Assembly: GCF_001194135.2 (NCBI RefSeq)
Contig: NC_068991.1
Coordinates: forward strand, 27,326,817 to 27,384,443
Source: Octopus bimaculoides
Taxonomy: Eukaryota
Direction of reading: 5' to 3'
Length of the DNA: 57,627 bases
Shown one piece after another: positions 11,388 to 25,447 of this stretch. The position numbers were made by a program, and so were the translations under genes. Each line of letters opens with the position of its first letter. Positions within the stretch are counted from its first letter, which is position 1. The notes beneath the pieces are model-generated. The model saw only the letters and a list, made by a program, of their open reading frames with translations, ran no database searches and was not told the DNA's origin.

Positions 11388-14300
11388 AAGATGTTTAATG
11401 CTGATTCTAATAACTCCGCAGAAAATATCAGGTCGTAAAATTCTGAACTGTCCTTTCAATCGAGAAATGCGGACATGGAAGGATATTCTTGAAGAGGCTT
11501 ACATTGCTTCAGAGTTCATGCGTGGTTATTCCACAGAATATCGAGTATGCATCCAGATTTGCTCAATTCTAATTTGTTGAGTTTGAATAAGCTACTAATA
11601 CAAGAGTAGTAAATAAATCAAATGAAGGATGTATATCAGACATAATAGTAACCCTTGATAGAATAAAACATGTAAGCAACCTTTATGCGGTAGTTTGTGA
11701 AAGTGTTAAAGAATTTGAAGGCTAGGAAGAACGCACAGAGCAAGAAGGTGGACTTAATGTTGTAGTAAATATTGATTTGACAAGGCCAGCAATGCAATCA
11801 GGGAGAGATTTTTTTCTAGACATATAAAGCTTTCTTTTTGTTGCAAACGGTAATATCGTTAGTGAGAAAGTATTATGTATTTAAAGTAACATATATTTAG
11901 AACTCACATTCATGATTCTCTCACTATTTCTAATGATGCTGCCCCAGCATGGTCTTGTCCCACCGACTAGAAATAGCAAAGTACTTTATTCAAAAGTGTT
12001 GCGCATTTAAGTTTTTATTCCCTTTCAAAAATATATTCATTTTGTCTTTTTTTTTTTTTTAGAGACCACTTTCTTTATAACACAAACGCAGAAACTTTTT
12101 TTCTTTTTAACCTATACGAAGTCCATATCAACAATATCGTATGCTACCATTTTGTACTAGATTAATTTGAAGTGTTCTTGGAAAATCAATATTATTGAAC
12201 AATTGGCATGTATTATTGTTCTAGAATCTTTCTTCAGCTATTGAAATGTTCTAAATTTAGAGAAACAAATTTAATCTCTCTCTATTTTCTTTTTTTTTTT
12301 TTTACAGATGTACATTTACTCTCAATCATTCTTAATATTGAATTCTTTAACATGGTAAAACCATTGATTACAGTTGTATGCAGGGCGGACAATGAGGAAA
12401 AAAATATTTGTGACTTTGTTATACTATATCTTTGTTATCCTCACCCATACACCTATCTATACCAAAGTTCAAATGTATCAATATTTATTGCCGTTTGCGT
12501 TTCTTGCTTTCTAAATCCGGAACGTTTTTATACTTTTCATGATCGAGGCAATGTATTCACCATGATTTTTTCCTTAGAGAATAATAAGCGCAAACTTTTG
12601 ATATTAGCTTTTGTAAACAGCCCTCAGGTAGATGCAATACATATAAGTTTTGTCCTTTTTGCTTCATGTTTTTGGTTATTTTGTTTTGTCTTGAATTTGT
12701 TTGCTTTTTGTCGTTTTTCTGAAAGATAAATACTTTCTTTTTGTGTTAGACAACTTATTTATTATAGACGTTCTTCATTCTTCCTTATCTTTTCGTGAGA
12801 AACGCGTTTCTGTTATTTTCTTCTTACCTGCAACCAATTCTAGAATATTGAATTGTTTTCTTTCTCCTTTACTTATTTTGCCCGCTAGCATATATCTCAG
12901 TTATTTGTAATTCTTATTAGAAGTTACAACATTTTTTTAATTATCTCCACGACATAATCAAATTCCATACACGTCTCCTATTGAAATCGTGAATTTAAAT
13001 ATTAGTGTCATTCGACTAGACACAAAGTCTGTATAATTTATAGAGAAAGAATCGACAGTTGATGCATCCATGCACATTCTTTATAGAATAACAGCTTAAG
13101 CAGAATTGAATGTTTTTAAATAATAACTGCCATCATGCTATGCTTTTGATTTAGTAAGAACTTAGATATGCGAGTTGATTAATTTTCACTAAACTTAATA
13201 CCAATGCTGCAAAGAAAGAGCCTGCAGACAATATATACACCACAAAAAGACGAAAGGCGCATTCGTTTTGGATTTAGAATATAAAGGGAGGCAACAAAAC
13301 AGTACAACGCATTTAGTCAGGTGTTCGTTGCTGCAAACGTTTCTTCTAACTAAAAAAAAATAGTGTTTTCATTTTTATTAATCGAACATGGTTAGAAGGA
13401 ATATTTTGACGCTTTTATATTGTTCCTTTATATTAAAGGTACAAATAAAAAAGAAGCAGATTAGGAATTGAATCTCCATCAGAGTCTCAGCTGAACATGA
13501 ATTTGTTTCTTACTTACTCTGCATGACAAGAGAAACGTATGTTAAGGCAATACACAACTTCTTCCTCTAAACGAAACCAATGAAAGAAATTTGTTAGATT
13601 AAAACATTTTCAGGCTGTATACGTTGCATAGACAAATCATTTAAAATTATAATGAACTGCTCTTTTGGACAGTTTTAAGAATTAACAGCACAGAACATGC
13701 TGAATATTTTTGTTGCTTTTTAACTCTTCTTACGACATTTATTTCCTTAATAATGTTTAATGTGATATCCAGTATAACATATTACGTAAAAGATTATTAT
13801 TTCACGAATCGGATTCAACGATTATCTCTCTAAAAATCATAATTCCATCGATCGAATCAATTCAATTTAAACGATCACAGCCTCAATTTCCTGAATTTCA
13901 AGTTACGAGAAGTATTTTTCTCCCATCTGAATTGCTGATTTACGCCAAATCCATTTTATATTTTCCATTTCATACTTTCGTGTGCAAGTTTAATGTAGCT
14001 TCATACAGAATTTATTATCCTATATANNNNNNNNNNNNNNNNNNNNNNNNNNNNNNNNNNNNNNNNNNNNNNNNNNNNNNNNNNNNNNNNNNNNNNNNNN
14101 NNNNNNNNNNNNNNNNNNNNNNNNNNNNNNNNNNNNNNNNNNNNNNNNNNNNNNNNNNNNNNNNNNNNNNNNNNNNNNNNNNNNNNNNNNNNNNNNNNNN
14201 NNNNNNNNNNNNNNNNNNNNNNNNNNNNNNNNNNNNNNNNNNNNNNNNNNNNNNNNNNNNNNNNNNNNNNNNNNNNNNNNNNNNNNNNNNNNNNNNNNNN

Positions 14301-15824
14301 NNNNNNNNNNNNNNNNNNNNNNNNNNNNNNNNNNNNNNNNNNNNNNNNNNNNNNNNNNNNNNNNNNNNNNNNNNNNNNNNNNNNNNNNNNNNNNNNNNNN
14401 NNNNNNNNNNNNNNNNNNNNNNNNNNNNNNNNNNNNNNNNNNNNNNNNNNNNNNNNNNNNNNNNNNNNNNNNNNNNNNNNNNNNNNNNNNNNNNNNNNNN
14501 NNNNNNNNNNNNNNNNNNNNNNNNNNNNNNNNNNNNNNNNNNNNNNNNNNNNNNNNNNNNNNNNNNNNNNNNNNNNNNNNNNNNNNNNNNNNNNNNNNNN
14601 NNNNNNNNNNNNNNNNNNNNNNNNNNNNNNNNNNNNNNNNNNNNNNNNNNNNNNNNNNNNNNNNNNNNNNNNNNNNNNNNNNNNNNNNNNNNNNNNNNNN
14701 NNNNNNNNNNNNNNNNNNNNNNNNNNNNNNNNNNNNNNNNNNNNNNNNNNNNTATATATGTAAATATATGTGTGTGTATATATATATATGTATATATGTG
14801 TGTGTGTGTGAGTGACGGTGTCTCTGCGAGGGAGAGGAGAAGAGATTTATGATTTATCCTTAACCGTATAAACTCCAAAGTTATCTCAATAGATTTCAAC
14901 TAGTGTATATGAAGTTTGTAATATATATATACAGATAAATCAGCGAATATGTATTATTCTGGTACTTATTTGAATATAGGTTATAAATCTTACATCGATA
15001 TTTAGGGTGCCGTAACATATGTGTTGCTCGTAGGCGTGCGTGCGTGTGTGTGCGCGAGCGCTCGTGTGCGTATTGAAATAGTCGTTGTGGGAGGTCAATT
15101 GCTTCAGTGTGTCTAGCTGTGTGCGGAGATGAACACAGGAGGACTGAATTTATTTAAATCTTTATTCAAATGCTAACTTGTTTTGTAGCTCTGCAGCTTT
15201 TCACAGACGTAAACTGTGTTTAATTACTGTATCAATGACTTAGTATTGTGTTTTCGTCACTAGAAAGGTCTATTTTACCCGTAGAACAGACTTGAGGAAG
15301 CTTACGTCCACAAACGGTTATGTCATGTTACAAGAGGTTTAAATTGTAAGACAAAAGTTATAGTTAAATATAAGTTACATATTTATACACTTGTAAGTTT
15401 TAAAATGCGTTACTCTTCTCAGCAAACATGCATCCCTACAGATCATTATGCACATAAATTTTACAATGACAGTAATATGTCTTACATGCCTGACATAAAA
15501 TATAGAGTAATGCCACGACTTATATATTATTCGACTACCAGTCCAACGGCTTAGCAAACTGGCTGACAGCAACTCAATAATTAAATATTTAAACCAAACA
15601 AATGTTTTTGCTAGTATATGTTCAGCTAGTGTTTGTCGCTGTAAAGCTGCCATGCTGCAAAATTACTTACCAGTGGTTGTTGAGTCAATGATACCGATCC
15701 AAGTAATTATTTCAGTCTGATGATTATTTTATCGATTTCTATTTTTGGGAATCCGTAATTTACTCTTGTTCACAAAACACCTGTTTTTGTTAGCATCAGT
15801 AACGATAAACATAACACACGTACA

Positions 15825-15871
<47 letters not shown>

Positions 15872-15989
15872 TTATATNNNNNNNNNNNNNNNNNNNNNNN
15901 NNNNNNNNNNNNNNNNNNNNNNNNNNNNNNNNNNNNNNNNNNNNNNNNNNNNNNNNNNNNNNNNNNNNNNNNNNNNNNNNNNNNNNNNN

Positions 15990-16033
<44 letters not shown>

Positions 16034-17253
16034 CATGTGGTAAGGTAGGTATGGTATATATATACATATATAAATCTATGGGAATCGGTACAATTTCCGT
16101 CCACAAGTCACTCCAATACCAGTCGATGCTTGCCTCAAAGCGTCGTGCAACAGGAACGAACCTGAAGCCACGCAGTTATCAATCCAAGTTCATAATCGCA
16201 CCGTTATGCGTACATCTAGTTCATATATTTCCGTTTAATTTATTTGTCTCGCTATTTTGTCAAGTTTCAAATAGATTATTTTTCAACTTGTTAGTTCTTT
16301 ACGTGTGGAAAAATATGTCGATAAAACAATTTTCAAGATGTCTTATCGCTGTTACCTCACCCGTTTTACGTTTCAAGTTTTCTTTTAGGTGCCAAGTTAT
16401 GAATTCCAATAACTTACTAACTTTTTTCTTTTATTTATCCATGTCTTGCTGCCCATTTCTCATTTACTAGTTTCGTCTAAAGATGACTCAGATTTGTTTT
16501 TACTTTAAATTGAATCAAAGTACGATTCAATATTTCTTTATGTATGTACTGTTGGAACACTTGAAATTCAAGTTCTATTTGTAACGGAAGTATACTTTGT
16601 CATATCTGTTCTTTGGCGACTGTGCGAAAATTTACTTTGAAAATTTCTAGGAATATTATGTTCTGTTGGAATATTATTAGGTAACATGTTTTGTTTGAAA
16701 ACCTCTTTAAATTGCTGAGTGATATATCTTGAAGTTTAAGCTGAAATTCAAAATTTAGTTTTCCTCCATATTAGTACGTGACTTCAGAACAATATTCGAA
16801 AATGCTGAACGAATTTGGTTAATATGAAGGTGCTTATATATTTTTATATTGCTTCACTGATTTTGAATTATAAACAAACTTGTAACACCTTTATTCCTTA
16901 CAAAGTTCAAAAATGCTTTCTATAAGAATTTATGTATCTTTATCTAATAACGCCTGAAGTAAAGTGTTATTATATAAATATCACTCAAATATTCACTACA
17001 GTTTCAAAGACACGAGCTATTAAAATGATAGGATGTGTAGTAGAAATACAGCATCGTCAATTGCTGTATTTACTTGCGTCTCTAGAAGTTTTGTGTTCGA
17101 CTCCTACTGAATTGCACTATGTATTTTATCATTTGTGCCGATAAAATAATGAACATATAAGCGCTGGGGAAGAGGCAATTCTAATTTAGCAGACATGTCT
17201 ATGCTAGAAATAAAGGTCATACTTTGGCAATCTTAAATATCAAGAATGTTCAT

Positions 17254-18256
17254 GGGATCTTTTCCCTTTGAATGGCACATCGAGAAATTAATTTTTTGTA
17301 ACTAAACACTTTCAAACTTCGGACACTGGTAGAATGTGTCATATAAAACATCTTTTTCTCTTAGTGTTATTCAGAAAAGTTTATATTTTTAAAGTTATTT
17401 CGTGTTAAAATTGTCCTATTTCGGCAATTTCAACCAATCAATGACGGGTATTCAGCTGAATAAAGTTACTGCCGTTGTTTGTCAACAATAACTATCGGCT
17501 GTGTATATTTCGTTTGTCACTGTTATTTATGACATCGATCGTGCGTTTGTACTGGTTTTAGCTTTCGGGTTTTAGAGTTAAGGTTAGGGTTCGAGTTTTA
17601 GAGTTATGGTTTTAGGCTCAGGGTTAAGGTCTTAGGGTTAGGGATAGGATTTTAGAGTTGGTGTTAGGTTTAGGTTATGGTTAGGGTTTTAGCGTTAGGG
17701 TTAAGGTTTTAGGATTAGAGTTAGGGTTAGGGTTTTAGGGCTAGGGTTGGGGGTTTTAGGGTTAGGGTTAGTGTTGGAATTTTAGGGTTAGAGTTACGGA
17801 AAAATGAAGAAATTGGAAGGGGAGGGGGAAAAAATGTCTTTCCGAAAATAGTAGCTGAAAAACAGGAAGAAAAAACTAAAAGCAGTAAAAATGCACGAAC
17901 GATTGTGGTGGTGCCATGAAGTAAACATGCTTCAGATACACTCGTTTATTCATGCAAACGTAACAGAGATGAAATATGTCATAAATAACAGTAACAAACG
18001 AAATACACACCGCCGGAAGGTGTTGTTGACAAACAACAGCAGTAATTGTTTTCACCTCAATAGACGTGATTGATTGGTTGAAATTACCGAAATACGACAA
18101 CTTTAACACGAAATAACTTCGAAAAAACAATTTTCTCAAAAAACGCAAAGAGTAAATGATGTTTTATGTGACACATTCTACTAGTATACGAATTTTGTAA
18201 GTGTATAGTTACAAAAAGATATTTTTTAAATGTGCCGGCCAAAGGGAAAAAATCCT
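17254..18256. mobile_element. Fold-back / MITE-like element with about 280-bp terminal inverted repeats
   Basis: 17254-17535 aligns to the reverse complement of 17976-18256 (tagaatgtgtca.ataaaacatc; aagttatttcgtgttaaa.ttgtc.tatttcgg.aatttcaaccaatcaat; tgttgtttgtcaacaa; ctgttatttatgacat). Confidence 0.88.
17554..17797 (+). repeat. Degenerate telomere-like (TTAGGG)n array inside the fold-back element
   Basis: About 240 bp of ttaggg, ttagag, tttaggg and ttaagg variants. Confidence 0.9.
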
Positions 18257-21200
18257 GTTTATCATTATTAAATCGAGATTAAACTTTAATAATTAACTGA
18301 ATAAGCTTTTCACCTATTTAGTTTTAATGAGGAAAGTGACAGACATATTACTAGATGTGTTTTTCTCCAAATTAAGTGTAATCTATATAATTCAGAGCCT
18401 GCTTTTGTACGTTTCTACAGATATGTGTGTGGGGAAGGAGAGTGCATGCGTGAAAGAGGAAGGAGAGAGAACGAGAGAGAAGCCAAAGATTCATAAAAGC
18501 GTAGCATCAAGTGTAGAATCGATTTCATCTTATATACTTATGACATATATTTCAATGGACCTTCACATCTTTCTTGGAAACTTCGGTGTTAATCAGATTA
18601 GAAGCAAGCAGTTCTGATGAAAATTTAAAAAACAATAGCAATGATATCTACACGACGAAACAGGAAGGTAAAAAAAATAGCAAATTAAAGAATGTGTATG
18701 CGTTAAACATTCAAATTCGATAGTTATGAAGTGTCAAACGGGAAAAGAGCAATACTTGAGATAGTGTGTCTAGTAAGAGAATGAACATTATCTAGACAGC
18801 ATAATAAGAGTAAGGACTATTCTAATATTCCGTGTTGTTTTTAATATAAATTAAGTATTCATAGCCATACACAACTTTCTTTTCGTTTTCTCAATCATTT
18901 TATAATTTGTCTATAAATACTATAATTACGGCACAGATAATTAGTACGTCATTATGTATACCTTATATTCTTCTTGTATAAACTCCATTAACACTATTCT
19001 GGGGCGATATGTGTCTTTTCTCAATGATTCTTTCATTCACCTGTGTGTTTCTTCTTTCCAGAACTTGTTTCGTATTCTTCCCAATTTTGCTTCTTATTTC
19101 TTTGTATTTCATAATCCTCTGATGGATCTATCATGCAATAACTTTACTATTTTGTTATGTGAAAGCTTATTCCCATAGACCCAATAGAATATAGGCCAGG
19201 GCCTGTGTATGAAATGCTCGGCTACTGCAAAGTATATTGTAATATATCTACGATTTCCAAATATCAGTCGAAATCAGAGCAGCAACAAAAAAAAAAGAAA
19301 AGAAGAATGACTGAAACACGTCCCTTTCGATCTCAAGTTTCACGTTCGCTGCTCTATAGTTATTTTGCTGTACAATTCATTTTGAATAGCAAATAATTTG
19401 CCATTTTAAAATACATGATTTAAATCAGCTTCATGCCCTTTTGTCTGGCGCTCAGTTTTTGCTGCGCTATTCGACGAGGTTTTGCTTTGTTAGGATTCCG
19501 TTTTTTGTTTTTACGTTGAATTTTATTTTCGGTTAATTATCCCCTTCCAGGAGAACGATATTAGATATTAGACTCAGTTATCATCATTTATCGAAAAAGC
19601 AAGTAAATTTACTATTTCTTCTAATTAAAAATGAACGCTTGGAGCGCAATTCCTTTATAGAAGTTATATTTCTTTGAAATTTGAAGTGTGTGAAAAATAA
19701 TCCAATTATTGAGAATAATGTTACAAATACAGACAATAACAGCGATAATCGCTGCGAGAGAGGTGAATGGTATTTGTAAAAACAATAATTATAGAAATAT
19801 GGATGAATGAAATGACATCTGCATTGGGAAGTATAACACGACGTTAAAATCAACATAAATACGAAACATATAACGAACGTTGAAAACAGCAATAAAGATA
19901 AGATCAACAGAGTGGTTTCTAATTTAGACACAAGGCCAGAAAAATTGAAAGAAGTAAGTTATTGCATACCATTGACCTCAAAACTTTATTGGTATTTTGT
20001 TATCGATCTCGAAAGGACGAAATGTAAAGTTGACCTCGGGATTTAAACTCAGAACGTAGAAAACTGAGTTATTTTTGTTGATCATGATTATGTTCAACCG
20101 CGTGTTATCATTGATTGAGCAGATATTATTGTCAAAACTGCTGTCGTCCCATGGCATTTCCGTTTTATTTTCCTACATGTAAATAGGACTAGATTAGTCG
20201 GTGTTCATATCAAGCTGTTCTTTTACAAAGAGAATGATATGATGCGAAAAATTTCGCTACATTTTCTCGCAAGTATAATGAACTCTTGAAAGGTTCTGTT
20301 TTTTTTTTCTTTGTTATTCTAGCGGTATCAACATTGCCATCATCATCTTCATAGAAACAATTTTTTTTTAAGTCTACAAAGCTAAGTAAAATAAACAATA
20401 AACATTTAATATCTAAACGATGGCGAACTAATTAAAATGATTTAAGCACGCGCGCAGAGAACAAAAACAAATTCTATGTTTATAATAAACGTCTATTGTT
20501 TTCTTTAATCCTTTTGTTTTTTGTTGTTTTCGTTTTCATTATTTTTAATACTGCTGATTTCGTTAATTGTGATTTTTGACTGTTTATATTCATTTATCAT
20601 TGCTATTTATATTAAAAGAGTAGTAAATGTTGCATGGGCGTAACCACAAATTTTGTTAATGGGCGGTGTCACTAAATGAAACGAATCAACCATTAGCCGT
20701 CCACTTTACGTTCGCATGGACGTGTACATTATATACATATTCGTATTTTGTATAGGTCTGGAGTGCTTCTGGGCTACATAAAAGTGTTGTTATAATTCTT
20801 GTTGTTGTTTAGCCCAAGACTAGTTCTGACTAATAGAGCTACGACCAAAATTCTTTTCGGGCTCGATAAAATCAATACCAGTTGAGCGCTTGATTGAATG
20901 TAATCGACTTCTCTCTCTCTTCAACATCCCTAATGTTGTGTCAAAATTAGAAAAAAAATTCTGTTGCAGCTGTTGTTATTGCTATTGTTCTTGTTTTCTT
21001 CTAAATCCATTTAAATTCGTTAAAGACAGTTATATCCTTCTGAGAACTGTATTAAAGTGGGTGAACAAGGTGATGGGGGCTAGGTAGCTAAAGGGAAGGA
21101 ATATTGACGAGAAAGTAACAGCTGTCACCATAGTAACACTCTTAAACTAAAAAGCTTAATCTTAAGTAGATGAAATAGAAAATAGGCCGAGTCGTTAAGA

Positions 21201-21504
21201 CGCTTGCTATGTAGTATTTCTTTTGGGTTTCAAAGTTCAAATTCCGCGTTCTGGAGTTTATAAAGATAAAGTACGGACGTCATTTTTTTTTCTTTCTCTC
21301 TGAATTGTCTCTGTTGCAAGAGATGAACATGAAGCTACCAAATTCTTCGAGTTGCAAACCGATATTCTACTGTAATTGACTAAGAACTCCCTGATGTGTA
21401 GTATAAAAATAAAGATATCAAAGACCACCTGAGGATTTGTCACCCAAAATAACTTAAAACATAAACAAATATTTTTTAATGATGGTCTATTCATTTTATT
21501 ACCA

Positions 21505-21760
<256 letters not shown>

Positions 21761-22614
21761 ATATCTAGCTACCTCTCTCTCTCTATCAATCTATCTACCT
21801 ATATATTTCTCTCTCTCTCTCTCCAACTGTCAGATCCAGGATGAGACGCTGCGTCAAGGTGGCTATATCTGCTCACAAACTCATAGGCTCTCAAATCTAT
21901 TCTAACAGTATCAACACCATCTGGATCAAGATTTCTAAAAAATCAAAACGTATAAATCAGAATTAGTCCCGATCATATAACAGCTATTAGAACTAGAATG
22001 AGCTTACACACCAAAAAAATTGAAAATAAAAAAATATGCACCATACAATTGATCAGACTTAAAAATAAAGACACCTTTTTAAAATATATTACTCTGATAA
22101 CACGAAGGTCGCGGCATTTTTTGGAGAAAATAAAGCTAGCACCCCAAATGCAACATATAGCAATATCACAACATATACATACAACATTTTTGTCATCACC
22201 AAACTGAAAAAGGATGTCTTCCAGTTATGATTAACAGCCTAGTCTTATGACTGTACGAAATAACCGCTGGGAAGCGCAATCAATTGAAGGATAGTCAATC
22301 ATTTAAAGTCAACCAAATATCACTTGATTAACAAAAACTGAGTAGGGTCTTAAACTTACGAAATGTAGCATCCGAAATATTAGGTTGTTTCACATGAAAT
22401 GTCGCATTTTTAATTACTTGTTATTTCAGTCATTTAAAAACTCAATTACGTACACCTTGCATTTAATCTTGCCTCTTTTTTTTTTCCCAACAATATTGGT
22501 ATACAAAATTCGTATCCACAGATCTTATAAAAGTGATAACAACCAAACAATGTTGAGTGATTTTCCCATATGAGTATAAACCGAGTCACTCTGACGCATA
22601 AGCTCTACAGAATA

Positions 22615-23600
22615 TGAAGCGTGTCTTTCGTTAACATCAGAAATGTTCAGAGCTGTTTCCAAAGCTCTTGTTCAGGACATGACAGCCTTGAAAATAAACC
22701 AAGGGGTAGGCCAAAATCAGTTGTTCGGCATGATGAATTAAATGCTTTGATTGAACAAGATCCGAGAACAAAGGATCGAAAACTTTCATCATAACTCCAA
22801 ACACTTGCACAACTGTTTTGGACACCTGTAAAAACATTGGAAAAGTCAAGAAAACAGAGAGGTCTGATCCGCATCAACTGAACGATATTAAAAAAAAAAC
22901 AGACGCCTCGAAGTGTGCTCCTTATTGCTTTCTCGATGGAAAAATACAATTTTTGCTTCAAATCATTACTTGTGGTAAGAAATGGATACTCTTTGGCAAC
23001 ATCAGGGGAACAGGACAGGGATTAGATGCAAGTGAGTCACCTAAGCACTACCCAAACACACCATTGCACCCTAAGAAGTTATTGGTTACTGTATGATGGT
23101 CTGCGAAGGCAGTTATTCATTATTCATTTTTGCAACAAGGAAACACTGTAGCAGCAACATCGTATTGTCACGAAATTGATTGTATGCATGAGAATTTGAA
23201 AACGAAGTAACCCAGTCTAATAAATAGAGATGGCCCAATTTTGATCCACAACAATGCACGTCCTCACACTTATCGAGCTACGGTCCAAACGTTGCAAAAC
23301 CTGAATTATGAGATTTTGCAACAACCTTCCTTTTCCCCTATATCTCCCCTACTGATCATCACTTATCTAAACATTTTGAGCTTTTCAGAAGCAATAAAAC
23401 ATTTTTAAATAGAGAGAGGGTAATGCAAGCATTCGAACAGTTTATCACAGCAAAAATTGAATTTTTTTTTCTAAGGTGGAATATATGACATAGAGAAACG
23501 TTGGGTAAACGTCATAAATGAATATGCATCATACCTTTTGATTAAATAAACCAGTTCTCTAACACTTCAGAAACATTTTATTGTTACCTTTCAAATACAT
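22615..23600 (+). mobile_element. Mariner transposase relic
   Basis: SLENKPRGRPKSVV..DELNALIEQDPR; IITCGKKWILFGN; PLHPKKLLVTV*W; GPILIHNNARPH (HDNARPH motif); many stops and frameshifts. Confidence 0.9.
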
Positions 23601-23954
23601 TTCATGTGAGACAGCCTAATATAATGGAAATAAAACATATTTTTGCTTGCAGTAGCAAATAACATTCTCTGGGATTCTAGTAATAACAATGCAGCTAAAT
23701 TTAGTATATATCTACATGTAACATATATATATATATATATNNNNNNNNNNNNNNNNNNNNNNNNNNNNNNNNNNNNNNNNNNNNNNNNNNNNNNNNNNNN
23801 NNNNNNNNNNNNNNNNNNNNNNNNNNNNNNNNNNNNNNNNNNNNNNNNNNNNNNNNNNNNNNNNNNNNNNNNNNNNNNNNNNNNNNNNNNNNNNNNNGAA
23901 AATTAAATTCGAAATCTATATTATGTAAGCATTATTATTGTAATACATATTTCC

Positions 23955-24192
23955 TATATTTATTTCTTCATTGCCCACAAAGCTCTAAACACAGAGGGAA
24001 CAAACAAGTACACACAAAGGGATCAAGTCGAGTACATTGAGTCCAGTGATTAACTGGTATTTATTTAATCGACCCCGAAAGGATGAAAGGCAAAGTAGAT
24101 CTCAGCGGAATTTGAACTTAGATCGTAACATCAAACGAAATACCACTAAGCATTTCGCATGGCGTGCTAATGATTTTGCCAGTTCGCCGCCC
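23955..24192 (-). mobile_element. SINE (5' monomer of the dimeric family)
   Basis: Reverse complement of 25020-25250, including the tttgt.tgt.cttgtttgttccctct.tgtttag...ggcaat.aagaaata tail. Confidence 0.85.
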
Positions 24193-25019
24193 TATATATT
24201 TCATAAATTAAATTGAAATAGACAAATATGCTGACTCGCCCTTTTTCGTGGCTTCCATCGTAGAGACATTTTACTGCCTACATGGCATTTGACCTAAATT
24301 GTCATTAATTTCAACAATGTTTTTAACGCTTTATGGGAGTGGAAACCTGATTCAACTTCCAGCGTTACTTCACATAGAGATAAGTGATTTTTTTCTATGG
24401 AGAGAATTGAACTTAATATTGAGAATTCAGTATCAAATAAATATAATGGGTTTCTTTTCAATTTTCTCTTAGATTGTTCTGTAAATTAGTTCATATATGT
24501 GTATAATGACTGAGCCAGGGAGATTAGACTATTTTGAATATATACACGGGTTAATGCCGTTAACGTAATAGAAAAAGATTAAGACTTCAACTTGGTGTCC
24601 GGTACTCTATTCTCCACAACAAAATCAGCCAAACCTCCTCTACCAAGAAATATAAATATTAACATACCTTACAAAGATATTTTTGATCATATTTGTTTTA
24701 TTTCATCAGACACGCATGATTAATCACATAACAAAATATCACACTATACTTATAAAATTACAGTACGCACAAGCGCAAAAAAATCACTGTAAACAGCTTC
24801 AAAACCACTGGGTTTTTTCATTCATTACATGGTCGTTAACTCGCCCGATATTTCAAAGAATATCGGTAAGGAACGAAAGAAATATAGACAGAGAAATAAA
24901 AAGAATTACTTAACATAAGAAAACCGATAAATGTATATGAAAAAAGTCTGTTTTTTATGATGAGAAATAATTCTTGATACTGCAATTTCTCCTCGTAAAG
25001 ACAATATTAATATTTGTTA

Positions 25020-25447
25020 AGGGAGTGAGCTGGTAGAAACGTTAGCACGCCGGGCGAGATGCTTAGCGGTATTTCGTCTGCCGTTACGTTCTGAGTCCCA
25101 ATTCCGCCGAGGTCGACTTTGCCTTTCATCCTTCCGGGGTCGATAAATTAAGTACCAGTTACCCACTGGGTCGATGTGATCGATTTAATCCCTTTGTCTG
25201 TCCTTGTTTGTTCCCTCTATGTTTAGCCCCTTGTAGGCAATAAAGAAATAAGAAACATTAGCACGCCGGGCGAAACGCTTAGCGGTATTCCGTCTGTCTT
25301 TACGTTCTGAGTTCAAATTCGGCAGAGGTCGATTTTGCCTGTCATCTTTTCCGGATCGAGAAATTAAATATCAGTTGCGTACCGGGGTCAATGTAATCGA
25401 CTGGCCCCTCCCACAAAATTTAGGGCTTTGGGCCTAGAGTAGAAAGG
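25020..25447 (+). mobile_element. Dimeric tRNA-derived SINE with 17-bp target-site duplication
   Basis: Two related monomers (ttagcacgccgggcga...ttctgagt.c.aattc) in tandem; AATATTAATATTTGTTA at 25003-25019 and 25448-25464. Confidence 0.92.

Larger units (their letters stand above)
8246..15780 (-). other. Candidate spliced transcript (lncRNA or 74-aa small ORF); exons 15671-15780, 13518-13566, (9986-10074), 9474-9567, 8369 leftward
   Basis: GT-AG sites with GTAAGT or GTATGT donors and GCTAAC branch points before two acceptors; one frame stays open across three exons. Motif-based only. Confidence 0.25.

Noticed and set aside
11413-11830. Protein-looking plus-strand frames (ATNTRVVNKSNEGCISDIIVTLDRIKHVSNLYAVVCESVKEFEG*EERTEQEGG...)
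   Set aside because: No recognisable motif, several stops, no supporting splice structure.
12208-12729. 173-aa hydrophobic ORF containing a strong acceptor (ttttttttttacag at about 12307)
   Set aside because: F/L/I bias reflects T-rich DNA; no recognisable domain or matching donor.
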